The notes: generated by a model from the sequence alone, not told the origin. Positions 19,329 through 29,096 are shown, counted from the stretch's first letter. The stretch is DNA of 64,000 nt from Candidatus Nomurabacteria bacterium RIFCSPLOWO2_01_FULL_39_18 (GCA_001787005.1 MFUV01000004.1:105770-169769); one strand, 5' to 3'. Program-made: numbers and translations.

Positions 19329-20693
19329 CTAACACTCTAGTTTGATACTATCGCCCACCTCTGGCGCATACACGTCAATGCCCAAATTGTCTCGGAGCTT
19401 TTGCACTAGAAACATCGCGGACTTCGGCTCTCCCATAACTACAAAAACTTTTTTAACTGTGTCTTGCATATCCCCGACGAAATCGAGCAGTCCATCCGAA
19501 TCTTTATGTCCTGAATATCCAGAAATTGTCACAATATGCGACCTCACTATTACATCTTCTCCTGTGATGCGCACGGTCTTCACTCCTTCTTGGATTAAAC
19601 GCCCCGGGGTGCCTACTGATTGATAGCCAGTTAAGAGCAAGGTATTGTTCGGATCCGGCAAATAATGCCTTTCGTGATGCACCACCCGCCCGCCAGAAGA
19701 CATTCCGCTGCCCGCAATAACTATCTTTGGGTTAGGCACAGTAGCAATCATTTTTGACTCCTCCGACTTTAGCGTATTGTGGAGTCCTGGAAAATCAAAT
19801 AAATATTTGTCGCTTCTCATTGCCTTCCGCGCATCGTTATTTAAATAATTTTTATAGTGTTTGAAAACTTCGGTGAGGCGAATAGCCAGCGGAGAATCTA
19901 GGAAAATAGGCATTATTGGTATGCGGTTATTCTCTACCAAGGAGTCAAGCTCGAAAAGAAGCTCCTGCGAGCGCTCTAATGAGAAAGTCGGTATGATGAG
20001 TGTGCCCTTCCTTTTATGATTGTCCTCAATCGTTTTCTCTAGGAACCTCCTGCGGTCATCTTTGGATTCATGATTTCTGTCGCCATAAACAGACTCCATT
20101 ATTAGATAATCCACATCGGCAACCTTTTCAGTATCAGGAAGTATGGGCGAGGGACTATTGCCCAAATCCCCCGTAAAAAGGATTTTCTTACCATTGAAAA
20201 CGAATAAAATCATTGCCGAACCTAAGATATGTCCAGCATTCAAAAAGGAAACTTCGAGATTTAGAGTTAATTTTATTTTCTCGTGATAGTCAAACCCTTC
20301 CCAGAGAGAAAGCGCTTTTTTTATATTTTCGGGCGTGTAGATTTTGTCCAGAGAAAGTTCTGTGTTTTTGGACAAAATACCCATGGTGTCTTCAAGCATG
20401 AGAGAGGCAAGCGGCTTGGTGGGTTTTGTGGAATAAATTTTTCCATGAAATCCTTCATGAATTAGTTTCGGAATACGACCCACGTGGTCAACGTGCGCGT
20501 GAGTAATGAAAAGAATATCGATATCTTTCCCAGCATAAGGAAAGGGATCCCAGTTTACATCGTCCGCCAATTTCATTCCCTGAACAAGGCCGCAGTCAAT
20601 CAGAACTCTCTTGCCGTCAGCTTCTAAAAGAAAATTGGCTCCCGTCACTGAGCCTACTCCCCCGCAGAATGTTATTTTAGCAGTACTTTGCAT
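19329..20693 (-). CDS. metallo-beta-lactamase-fold beta-CASP family ribonuclease (RNase J/CPSF-like)
   Basis: HAHVDH (HxHxDH) motif, beta-CASP-like C-terminal half. Confidence 0.6.
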   Translation of the reverse strand: MQSTAKITFCGGVGSVTGANFLLEADGKRVLIDCGLVQGMKLADDVNWDPFPYAGKDIDILFITHAHVDHVGRIPKLIHEGFHGKIYSTKPTKPLASLMLEDTMGILSKNTELSLDKIYTPENIKKALSLWEGFDYHEKIKLTLNLEVSFLNAGHILGSAMILFVFNGKKILFTGDLGNSPSPILPDTEKVADVDYLIMESVYGDRNHESKDDRRRFLEKTIEDNHKRKGTLIIPTFSLERSQELLFELDSLVENNRIPIMPIFLDSPLAIRLTEVFKHYKNYLNNDARKAMRSDKYLFDFPGLHNTLKSEESKMIATVPNPKIVIAGSGMSSGGRVVHHERHYLPDPNNTLLLTGYQSVGTPGRLIQEGVKTVRITGEDVIVRSHIVTISGYSGHKDSDGLLDFVGDMQDTVKKVFVVMGEPKSAMFLVQKLRDNLGIDVYAPEVGDSIKLEC

Positions 20694-20704
20694 TATGCCA
20701 GTAA

Positions 20705-21112
20705 TTATACCAGATCTTCTTTGATTGGTTTAAGACTTTTCAGATAATAAAATGAGAAATAAAATATTGCAAAAATTCCGCCAGCTAAATCAAGCAAGAC
20801 ATCAGAGACAGTGTCTAGGACATTGAAAGGATTTTGAATATTGACTTTGTCGACAAAAAATTCAAATATCTCCCAGCAAATGCCCATGGCTAGCACAAAG
20901 AATAAAATTTTAAAAATTAATCTAAAAGAGATGGTGCCGAGCGCAAAGAAATAAATGTATGCCAGCCCAAGCCAGATCCCGCCCAGAAAATGCATAATCA
21001 TATCAAAATACCAAATAGAAGAATACCAGTAGAATTTATTTGCGGAAAAATTCACTAAAAAGATAAAAAAGATGAGGTACGCCAGGTGTTTGAAAAGCTT
21101 TTTTCTATCCAT
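20705..21112 (-). CDS. small polytopic membrane protein, hypothetical
   Basis: Hydrophobic helices; start codon embedded in an inverted-repeat element. Confidence 0.4.
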   Translation of the reverse strand: MDRKKLFKHLAYLIFFIFLVNFSANKFYWYSSIWYFDMIMHFLGGIWLGLAYIYFFALGTISFRLIFKILFFVLAMGICWEIFEFFVDKVNIQNPFNVLDTVSDVLLDLAGGIFAIFYFSFYYLKSLKPIKEDLV

Positions 21113-21240
21113 CCCGTTAGAAGTAGGAAATCTTTAGATTTCCGTAGTTAAATTTATTAATAACAACTATAAGAAACTGGTCCATTATAACATTTCTGTA
21201 ACTTTAATTAACTAAATGACTTCTAACGGGATCCATATCT
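21104..21240. repeat. MITE-like element with terminal inverted repeats ATCCCGTTAGAAGT ... ACTTCTAACGGGAT
   Basis: 14-bp perfect inverted repeats about 95 bp apart; second copy at 40568-40670; the left arm contains the ATG of the downstream gene. Confidence 0.65.
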
Positions 21241-21505
21241 ATAAAAGTAAGAAAAAATCCGCCCGAAGCGGAATCCTTCTTAGGACTATTTCCAATGTAT
21301 TACCGTAGCTCAAAGCTAGGTGGGTGTCAGACAAGCTTGACCAAGGTCAAACCCGATCGAGACTCCCTAAAATTAGTGTTCTAGGTAATAATTGGAAATA
21401 ACCCTACTTTCAGTATAGCAAAATTATGGCGAGGAGCAACTGGACAGAAAGAATTTTTTGTTTCTGAATTAATTATAGAATTTTTGTCGTGATCCTGCTT
21501 AAGAA

Positions 21506-21541
21506 TTGTACATATATACGCTATAGCGTATATATGTACAA
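21506..21541. repeat. 36-bp perfect palindrome TTGTACATATATACGCTATAGCGTATATATGTACAA
   Basis: Self-complementary; directly abuts the stop codon of the last CYTH gene. Confidence 0.85.
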
Positions 21542-22084
21542 TTAAAAACGCATATTAAACCAGTCTAATTCGTATTCTTTTTTAATTAAAACTCTCTCCC
21601 CTTCACCAATACTTTTGTGATCTTCCAATCCGAGTATTTTTATTGCTTCTTGCACATGTTCATGACTTTTCCCTTCAATTTCCAGATAAGCGGGCATCCC
21701 TGGGTACTGATCCAGGTCAAATTGCCAATCCTTTAGGAGGAAAGATGCACGATCTTTTTCTTGATGGGCATAGTGCTCTATCCCGACATTTTCAAAAAGC
21801 TTCCCGGCAAGGATAGCATCACCAACACTTATATTTATCTCGTCAGAATGTCTGGTATTGCCTGTTATTTCTGGTAATGACTTCCAACTTATTTCAGACT
21901 TCCCACCCGTACTAGTTCGAATTCTTAAATACCATGGATCGTCGCCTTCATGGGTCAAACCTTTGGGTCCGTACCAATCGATAACAAGTCTTGTGTTCTG
22001 TATCTCTTTCGCGCCAAGTGCTTTTAACTTTTCTTTTACTTCTTCCTTATCTACATTTAAAACTTTCGTTTCAATTTCGTGCAT
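21542..22084 (-). CDS. CYTH-domain protein (triphosphate tunnel metalloenzyme / CyaB-like)
   Basis: N-terminal HEIETKVL (ExExK), LRIR and C-terminal YLEIE motifs. Confidence 0.7.
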   Translation of the reverse strand: MHEIETKVLNVDKEEVKEKLKALGAKEIQNTRLVIDWYGPKGLTHEGDDPWYLRIRTSTGGKSEISWKSLPEITGNTRHSDEINISVGDAILAGKLFENVGIEHYAHQEKDRASFLLKDWQFDLDQYPGMPAYLEIEGKSHEHVQEAIKILGLEDHKSIGEGERVLIKKEYELDWFNMRF

Positions 22085-22093
22085 AAAATCTAT

Positions 22094-22501
22094 TTAATCA
22101 ACAGGGCTTTCTACTTGCTCGTTTGTAAAGATAAAACTAGTTAAACCAGAATAGTACTGACTTTTAAACCATTTGACAGCTTCAGGGTCAACTTTGTTTA
22201 AAGCTGACAAGAGAGCATCCATTCTTACTTGATAAGTATAATTATCATTAGAATGTAATCTACTGTGACCACCCCCTACTTTTGGCGACACTAATGATCC
22301 GCCTGTAAACTCGGGCTCACCTGGGTCTAATGGGACTTTTATTTTGCCTAATGCTTCCTTAACAAAATCTGGAACAAAATCTGGAAAATTCTGAGGATTT
22401 AAAGTGATGTGCATATTATGTACTTGTTTCCCATGAAGTACCTCCGTAGGGAATTTTTCCTTCCCATATTCTTTTTTCCATGCTTCTGCTCTTGGATCCA
22501 T
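22094..22501 (-). CDS. hypothetical protein
   Basis: ORF only; embedded in the CYTH/ndk operon. Confidence 0.4.
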   Translation of the reverse strand: MDPRAEAWKKEYGKEKFPTEVLHGKQVHNMHITLNPQNFPDFVPDFVKEALGKIKVPLDPGEPEFTGGSLVSPKVGGGHSRLHSNDNYTYQVRMDALLSALNKVDPEAVKWFKSQYYSGLTSFIFTNEQVESPVD

Positions 22502-22509
22502 ACTAGTTA

Positions 22510-23064
22510 TTATAACTCATTTAATTTACTGTAAAGCATGATGTCATACTTGCCATCGATGACTTGATCTTCTTTTGAAACACCAAGGGTACTGAGAAAA
22601 TCGAATAATTCCTCTTGAATTTTCTTTCTGTCTTCGTAATCCTCGTGCTTTACCATCTTCTCTACTTCGATAAACTCTCCAAGTTGTTCCACAACATCAA
22701 GTACTATCTCCATATCTTTAAAGCTTGTCTTGATTCTCTTTTTATCCACGGTGGGGAGCTTATCCCATTTCATAAGTTCTAGAATCTCAACCATCATCGC
22801 CCCGTCCTTAATTTCCATTTCTCTTTCAATGCAATCCTGGTGACTACTCTGCGGAATCTTTAGGGTAAAAAAATATTTATCATTCTGTTTACGCACGCGT
22901 AAAACAGTCGCGCCCATAGGAACATCAGGATAAGGGGTTCCTTTTGGTGCAAACACATAATCAATTTGATGAAGCTCTTCGGAAAATTTACACCCAAGAT
23001 TTTGAAGTTTCTCCTTTACGGCTTCTCTATCCTTCAAAACCGCTTTTACTTCAACTTCATACAT
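22510..23064 (-). CDS. CYTH-domain protein (second paralog)
   Basis: YEVEVKAVL (ExExK), LRVR, FIEVE motifs. Confidence 0.7.
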   Translation of the reverse strand: MYEVEVKAVLKDREAVKEKLQNLGCKFSEELHQIDYVFAPKGTPYPDVPMGATVLRVRKQNDKYFFTLKIPQSSHQDCIEREMEIKDGAMMVEILELMKWDKLPTVDKKRIKTSFKDMEIVLDVVEQLGEFIEVEKMVKHEDYEDRKKIQEELFDFLSTLGVSKEDQVIDGKYDIMLYSKLNEL

Positions 23065-23069
23065 AAATT

Positions 23070-23663
23070 TTACTCATCCACTCCGAAACGTTTGTAGTCG
23101 TAAGTCGTGTCATCGCCGAACCAGTGTTTTATTTCATGCTCTGCTTCTTCGGGAGTTTCGGAACAATGAACAATATTCATTACTGCCCGTTTTTCTTTAT
23201 TCGCTAATGCCGGAGAATCAATCGAGAAATCCCCACGAATCGTCCCCACTTCTGCCAGATACGGCATCGTCGGTCCCGCAATTTTTCTCACCACATCTAC
23301 TGCATGCACGCCCTGCACAACCATTTTTACCAGCGGGGCAGATTTCATGTAGTCAACTAGCCATTTGCGAATTTCGGGACCAATTTGCGCAGGATCAATT
23401 GTGCCAAAATCAGCCAGCGCATCATAGCCATATTTTTCATAAGTTGAAAGAGTCTTGTGTCCAAGCCGAGTAATCCATTCTTCATTTTTTGGATAATGAG
23501 TGTCGAGCTGGTCATGAGATGGCTGGAACATTTCCAATGCCACAATCTTCAAATCTCGCTGTTCAAAACGACGGATAATCTCCCCCGTCAAGCCCTTGCG
23601 GACTCCGTCCGGCTTTATCATCACATATGTCTTTTCCTCTTTTGGATGTTTCATATTAACCAA
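23070..23663 (-). CDS. ndk: nucleoside diphosphate kinase (long form)
   Basis: TYVMIKPDGV ... NIVHCSET (NxxHxSD-like active-site His region). Confidence 0.75.
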   Translation of the reverse strand: MVNMKHPKEEKTYVMIKPDGVRKGLTGEIIRRFEQRDLKIVALEMFQPSHDQLDTHYPKNEEWITRLGHKTLSTYEKYGYDALADFGTIDPAQIGPEIRKWLVDYMKSAPLVKMVVQGVHAVDVVRKIAGPTMPYLAEVGTIRGDFSIDSPALANKEKRAVMNIVHCSETPEEAEHEIKHWFGDDTTYDYKRFGVDE

Positions 23664-23691
23664 TATAACAGAAAAAAATAATTTTGCAAAA

Positions 23692-24255
23692 TTATTTTTT
23701 TCTCATTCCTTTGAAAGTTATAGAGGAATAGTCGTCTATATTAATTCCATATCTTAGATAGCCTTCTTTGGCAGAAAAAATAAGACCATCTTTTGGATCA
23801 AGACCTATTTTTTGCGCAGAATTCTGTGCTTCTTTTATTGATGTTGATTCAACTTCAAGATAAGTGGGAATCTCCGGCCAAGAATCAATATCAAAAACTG
23901 TTTTTCCTTTCCTATATCTTATCTTTTTATTCTCTTCTTCCCTCTTTATCACAAGTCTGATAGATTTGAGTAATTCATAAGTTTTCTCATAATCATCTAC
24001 TATTACTTCTATTTCTTTCATTCCGGCATTGTCTCCATATCTTCCTTTTACACTTTCTTTGTAAGCTAGTGTTATTTCTTTCCCGTTGGTTCGTAACCTC
24101 AGCCATCGATCTCTCCGATTCATCCGAAAGTCTGGATAATCAAAAAGAGCTCGGCGGTAATCGTACTCTCCCACTTTCTCTGCGCTGATTTCTGCAAGCT
24201 TCTTCTCAAGTTTCGGGACGTCAACCTCTAAAAATGTAATTTCAAATTCTTCCAT
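23692..24255 (-). CDS. CYTH-domain protein (third, divergent paralog)
   Basis: EEFEITFLEVD, WLRLR, TYLEVE motifs; same size as the other two. Confidence 0.6.
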   Translation of the reverse strand: MEEFEITFLEVDVPKLEKKLAEISAEKVGEYDYRRALFDYPDFRMNRRDRWLRLRTNGKEITLAYKESVKGRYGDNAGMKEIEVIVDDYEKTYELLKSIRLVIKREEENKKIRYRKGKTVFDIDSWPEIPTYLEVESTSIKEAQNSAQKIGLDPKDGLIFSAKEGYLRYGINIDDYSSITFKGMRKK

Positions 24256-24257
24256 AA

Positions 24258-27023
24258 TTATTCCATCGTCTGATACCTCGCCATAATCTCCGCCTCCACT
24301 TCTTCTCGGTCGCGGCCGTATTTCACATAAGAAAGTTCTTTCAGAGAATCCACGATGTCGGGATTGCCTTTTTCTGGGGCTAGAGTTATCAAATTAAAAG
24401 GTTTAGTTGGTTGACCTTTTATTAGCATGCTCATGTAGGCATTGTAGTTGTCGAGCTTGGTGATGTCGGCCGCGGTAAATTGGGGCTTGAATTTCGGCTC
24501 GAGAAATGTCGCGTCCTCAGTGCCGACACGGAAGACGGCCATGGAACCGACATTGCCGAAGACTGCATTTTTAATATTGTCTTCGAGCTGAGTGATGTAT
24601 TGATGCGCAATATTAAGCGAGAGTCTATATTTGCGAGCTTCAGATAAAATAGAAGCGATGGAGTCAGTCGTAACATTCTGAAACTCGTCAATGTAGAGAT
24701 AGAAATCATTCATCGGCTTGCCAAACATGTCTACTCGCGAGAGCGCCGCCATCTGGATTTTGCCGACTAAGACAAGCCCGATCAGATTCGCATTGATATC
24801 CCCGAGTCTACCCTTCGAGAGGTTCACTAGAAGAATTTTCTTCTCATCCATAATCTTGCGGAAATTAAAAACAGAGTTCTGCTGAAGCACCACTGGGCGC
24901 ATAATGTCATTGGAAATAAAATTATCAAATTTTGAAGAAATATACGGCACGAAGTTCGCCAAAGATTGGTCTCCTGTTGTTTGCTCGGCGGAAATCCAGA
25001 ATTGTTTGATTATTGGATTCTTGCATCTCTCGAGCTTCATGTCGCGGAATTCTTTGTCAGCCAAAACACGGGTAATCTCGAGTAAGGTTGAGCCGGACTC
25101 GGGATTTTCCATCACTAAAAAGGCGCTATTTCTGAAATATTGTTCAAACATCGCCCCGCCTCCGACCTTCATGTCGAAGAGTTTATTGAAAATTCCCATC
25201 AGTTCGTTCACTACGAAAGTTTTCTGCTCTGGATATTTCGGATCATACTCGAGCATATTGAGCCCCATTGGGCGGGCAGTATAAGCCGGATCGAAATAGA
25301 TCACGTCATCGATACGCTCTTTCGGAATCCTGGACAAGATTGTCTGGATGTCTGTACCGTGCGGGTCTATATAACAGCAACCATCGCCAGCCTTTATATC
25401 CTGCGTAATCATATTGAGCATGATGTTGGTCTTTCCTGTACCCGTCTGACCGATGACATAGAAATGCCTCATGCGATCTTCGCGTGCCAGATGAATTATC
25501 GTATCGCGCCCCCGATAACTGTTAACTCCTAAAATCACACCCTCTTGTCCCATTTCGAGTGGCGCCGGCGCAATGCCAGCTTTGGCTTCTTTAAGCTGTG
25601 GCTGACTCCCGATACCAACCGGGAAATGAAAGACTGAAGAGAGTTCTTTCAAATTCATCGGCAAAATCTTATCATGGGAAAAAGAGCGGAAAGAAAAGTC
25701 TTGAAAAAGTTTTTTCAAATCATTTCCTTGCATTTCTTCAAAAAAGAAAGAATTGCTAGCCGCTTCAGAAAATTGGTGAAAGGAAGATTCTATCTCTTTC
25801 AAAATCGCCCCTGCGCGTTCTTTCGTCTCGGCAGAGGCTATCACTCGAATATTTGCCTTCATGATAGTGCTTTTTATTTTGTTGCCTATTTTCTCAGCTG
25901 CACCTTCGTCTACTGCCCGTCTGCCCTTCATATATTTTTCTTTTTTTTCTTCCGGCTCTTTCTTCACTCCAAAAACAAGTTCTTTGCCCGCTTTCAGCAG
26001 GGCATGATTGAATTTGTAGAAATTATCAGCCGCGTGTTTGACGGATACGCCATCCTTTACATCATCTAGGATCTTATGGAATTCATTTATGAATTTGTCT
26101 CCAGCCGGCGCGATAACAAGCTGAATCGCCGCGCCTTCTCCCACTGTTTGCAGTTTGGAAAAAACATTAAGTATTGGATTCATCGGATCGTGTTCGATAT
26201 TGTCATAGGTCTTGATCGGCATCACTGCTCGCTCGGTAAAGCTCGCATAAGCCCCGACTGACCCGCCAGAAACATTGAAAATATTATAGTCGTCGGTGAC
26301 CTCTCGAATTTTCGCATCATGATAAAATGCTAAAATTTGTTTTTCAAATAGCGTTAGATGTTTGTTGGGGATGGCGGCATAGACCACCACTTCATCGCTC
26401 TCTCCCGAAAGCGCCACTTCCAGGGTGAAATAATTTTCTTTTTCATTATTTTTACCGATGGAGATAGAATGCATGCCGGCATAAAATTGCTCCATCGCGC
26501 CGATGAATTCTTTGAACCCTTTTGATTTGTCAGCCTCATCGGTAGGTGGCGGAAGCGTTATTTCAAACAGGGTCATATTGAGCGATTTGTACAGTGGTGA
26601 GTCTTCTTTAAAATCGGACACAACTTGGCCGGTCTTTAAATATTGAATTAAGAGTCGGTGGAAATCGTCTTCAATATGCGGACTCCCCATCGCTTCCATC
26701 ACCGAGAGCGCATTTTTAATTCCTTTGGTAATAACAACGCCCAAAAGCTCTTCCATCACCACGTCGTGGGCTTCGGGCTTGAGCGCAAGCACGATACCCT
26801 CTTTGTCCTTCTTGTCTAGGAGAATACTTTCATATAAAGCCTGCCCTGCTGGCACATCCCTATACGCTTCTACAACTTCGCCGGCCGCATTTTCTTTAGC
26901 ATTTTCAAAATGTCCTATTTTAATTAATTCTTGCTCTCTTTTAGCAACATGCGCCCGCAAGTAGTCAAGCTCCTCTTCTGGAGTCTTAAACTTCGGCATT
27001 TCCTTAAAGAAGGATGGTTCCAT
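24258..27023 (-). CDS. FtsK/HerA-superfamily P-loop ATPase with VirD4/TraG-like (AAA_10/TraG-D_C-like) C-terminal half and long unique N-terminal region
   Basis: Walker A GQTGTGKTN, Walker B LYIDEFQ, SEARKYRLSLNIAHQ; no N-terminal TM helices. Confidence 0.5.
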   Translation of the reverse strand: MEPSFFKEMPKFKTPEEELDYLRAHVAKREQELIKIGHFENAKENAAGEVVEAYRDVPAGQALYESILLDKKDKEGIVLALKPEAHDVVMEELLGVVITKGIKNALSVMEAMGSPHIEDDFHRLLIQYLKTGQVVSDFKEDSPLYKSLNMTLFEITLPPPTDEADKSKGFKEFIGAMEQFYAGMHSISIGKNNEKENYFTLEVALSGESDEVVVYAAIPNKHLTLFEKQILAFYHDAKIREVTDDYNIFNVSGGSVGAYASFTERAVMPIKTYDNIEHDPMNPILNVFSKLQTVGEGAAIQLVIAPAGDKFINEFHKILDDVKDGVSVKHAADNFYKFNHALLKAGKELVFGVKKEPEEKKEKYMKGRRAVDEGAAEKIGNKIKSTIMKANIRVIASAETKERAGAILKEIESSFHQFSEAASNSFFFEEMQGNDLKKLFQDFSFRSFSHDKILPMNLKELSSVFHFPVGIGSQPQLKEAKAGIAPAPLEMGQEGVILGVNSYRGRDTIIHLAREDRMRHFYVIGQTGTGKTNIMLNMITQDIKAGDGCCYIDPHGTDIQTILSRIPKERIDDVIYFDPAYTARPMGLNMLEYDPKYPEQKTFVVNELMGIFNKLFDMKVGGGAMFEQYFRNSAFLVMENPESGSTLLEITRVLADKEFRDMKLERCKNPIIKQFWISAEQTTGDQSLANFVPYISSKFDNFISNDIMRPVVLQQNSVFNFRKIMDEKKILLVNLSKGRLGDINANLIGLVLVGKIQMAALSRVDMFGKPMNDFYLYIDEFQNVTTDSIASILSEARKYRLSLNIAHQYITQLEDNIKNAVFGNVGSMAVFRVGTEDATFLEPKFKPQFTAADITKLDNYNAYMSMLIKGQPTKPFNLITLAPEKGNPDIVDSLKELSYVKYGRDREEVEAEIMARYQTME

Positions 27024-27046
27024 TAAACTAATTATACAACAAAAAA

Positions 27047-27832
27047 TTAAACTTTGGTCAAAATTTCTGGTTCACCTTCGGTGATGAGGATCGTGTGTTC
27101 GAAGTGCGCGCTACGCTTTCCATCCGCCGTGCGAAAAGTGTAGCCATCGGCGTCGAGTGTTACATTCTTTGTGCCATTGTTAATCATTGGCTCGAGTGCG
27201 ATAACCATGCCCGGAATTAATTTTTCTCCTTTCCCCCTTTTACCAAAATTCGGAATATATGGATCTTCGTGCACATAACGCCCCACGCCATGTCCGGACA
27301 GAACCTCCACAATGCCATATTTGCCACCTCCCTTGGAGCGAATGAAGCTCTCTACCGCATAGCCTATATCTCCCACCGTGTTGCCTGTTTTGCCCCCCTG
27401 GGCTACGTCAATGCCTACTTGTAACGCCTGCTCTGTAATTTCAAGAAGTGCCTTGCTACCATCGCTTACAACACCCACGGGCACAGTCATGGCCATATCA
27501 GTAAAAAGTCCATTGTGCTTTAACCCTAAATCAATAGAGACAATATCGCCTTCTTTCAATATTCTGTCCTTCCTAGGAATCCCATGGACCACTTCATCGT
27601 TTACAGATACACAAAGTGCGGCTGGAAAAGGAATTTCTGCCCCAGCTGGTCGATAATTTAAAAAGGCTGGAGTGTCACCCATCTCTTTGATTAAATTCTG
27701 CGCATATGTGTCCAAGTCTTTCGTAGAAACTCCTGGAGCAACTTTTTCTTTCACCTTATGAAGCACAGTCGCCAGACGCCTGCCCCCTTCGCGCAGAATT
27801 TCTATTTCTTTTGGTGTCTTAATGATTATCAT
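27047..27832 (-). CDS. map: methionine aminopeptidase type I
   Basis: Pita-bread fold metal ligands (D..D..H..E..E pattern); adk-map linkage. Confidence 0.9.
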   Translation of the reverse strand: MIIIKTPKEIEILREGGRRLATVLHKVKEKVAPGVSTKDLDTYAQNLIKEMGDTPAFLNYRPAGAEIPFPAALCVSVNDEVVHGIPRKDRILKEGDIVSIDLGLKHNGLFTDMAMTVPVGVVSDGSKALLEITEQALQVGIDVAQGGKTGNTVGDIGYAVESFIRSKGGGKYGIVEVLSGHGVGRYVHEDPYIPNFGKRGKGEKLIPGMVIALEPMINNGTKNVTLDADGYTFRTADGKRSAHFEHTILITEGEPEILTKV

Positions 27833-27838
27833 AGCGTG

Positions 27839-28426
27839 CTAGAACCCAATGGCAGAAATTATGTCTTTGTGCACATCTTCAATACTTTGCTCACCATTTA
27901 TGGTATAAATTGTATACCCAGCTTTCCCTTTGAAATAATTCATAGCGGGAATAACACTGTTTATATATTCATCAAATCTTTTTTCAATACCTTCTTTTGT
28001 GTCATCATGTCTACCACGTAAAAGATTTCTTTTCATGGCTTCTTCCTTCCCCACTTCTATATAAATAATTTTTATATCATTTCTTTTATACCATTCCATC
28101 ATCACTTCAAAAGTTTGAGATTGAGGTATGGCACGAGGCCATCCGTCGGTGATCAAATGACTGTCTTTGGTAAGAAAATTTATAAGCATATTCGTGACCA
28201 TAGCATCAGGGAAAAACCCGGGTTGGAGTTCTCCTCGCGAAACGGAGTCTCTCATAAGAGTAGCTGTATAAGTATCAGATTCGATAATCTTTCGAAACTC
28301 ATTTCCTGGATAGGCATATAGACAATGTTTGCTATCCTTCTTTTTCAGAAAATCCATCAAAAGTTTAACCTGAGTGCCCTTGCCAGAACCCACTATTCCA
28401 AAAAATACAAAAGTCTGCGGTTGCAT
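27839..28426 (-). CDS. adk: adenylate kinase
   Basis: P-loop GIVGSGKGTQ; LID and NMP regions. Confidence 0.85.
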   Translation of the reverse strand: MQPQTFVFFGIVGSGKGTQVKLLMDFLKKKDSKHCLYAYPGNEFRKIIESDTYTATLMRDSVSRGELQPGFFPDAMVTNMLINFLTKDSHLITDGWPRAIPQSQTFEVMMEWYKRNDIKIIYIEVGKEEAMKRNLLRGRHDDTKEGIEKRFDEYINSVIPAMNYFKGKAGYTIYTINGEQSIEDVHKDIISAIGF

Positions 28427-28487
28427 CTTTTAACAATACAAAATTTAGCTTGAATAATCAAGGGTTTTATAATAGAATGGTCTCATT

Positions 28488-29096
28488 ATGAAAAGACTTG
28501 GATTTAACATAGTGCTTCTTGGGATGATAGCTTCCGGCAAAGAAACACAGGCTAATATTTTAAAAAAGAAATACGCGCTAAAATTCGTGGAGTCTGGTGT
28601 GTATTGGCGAAAACTTTTGAAAGAAAAAAGTGTTGATGGAGACTGGGTAAGAAGAACAACTGGAAAAGGAAGCCCAGCCCCGGTTGCTTTGATGAAAAAA
28701 TTCCTAGTTAGAGAGATTGCAAAAAAACCGAAGAATAAAGATTTGCTTTTTTTGGGCAATCCTAGATTGAAACCTGAAGCACAACTTTTGAAAAAGATAT
28801 TGAGTAAAAAGAGACAAGATTTTTTCGCTTTATACATCTCTCTGCCCGACAAAGAAGTTTATAAACGATCTCTGAAAAGGAGAACTGGAAAAATGAAAGG
28901 AATTTATAAGGTATTTGATACAAAAAAAATTATCGGCACTAGAATCAAGTGGCACAAAGATCAAGTGGGTAAAACAGTGAAATATTTTCAAAGCCTAAAA
29001 AAATTAAAAATAATCAATGGCAATCAACCCATCCCTAAAGTTACCAAGGATGTCCTAAAAGAAATTGAGGAGTATAAAAAACGGAGAGAAAATTAA
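28488..29096 (+). CDS. adenylate/nucleoside-monophosphate kinase-like paralog with degenerate P-loop
   Basis: LLGMIASGKETQANIL (Gly-to-Glu in GKGT); basic C-terminus. Confidence 0.45.
   Translation: MKRLGFNIVLLGMIASGKETQANILKKKYALKFVESGVYWRKLLKEKSVDGDWVRRTTGKGSPAPVALMKKFLVREIAKKPKNKDLLFLGNPRLKPEAQLLKKILSKKRQDFFALYISLPDKEVYKRSLKRRTGKMKGIYKVFDTKKIIGTRIKWHKDQVGKTVKYFQSLKKLKIINGNQPIPKVTKDVLKEIEEYKKRREN

Noticed and set aside
21241-21505. GC-rich hairpins in the long intergenic region as a possible SRP, 6S or RNase P RNA
   Set aside because: No convincing match to conserved SRP (GGAAG/AGCAGG) or RNase P motifs by eye. Left as unexplained; it may belong to the MITE-like element.
24431-27656. Numerous antisense or alternative-frame ORFs inside the ATPase, map, tuf, fusA, lipase and ribosomal genes in the ORF track
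   Set aside because: They are embedded in strongly supported genes on the opposite strand or frame, with no independent signals.
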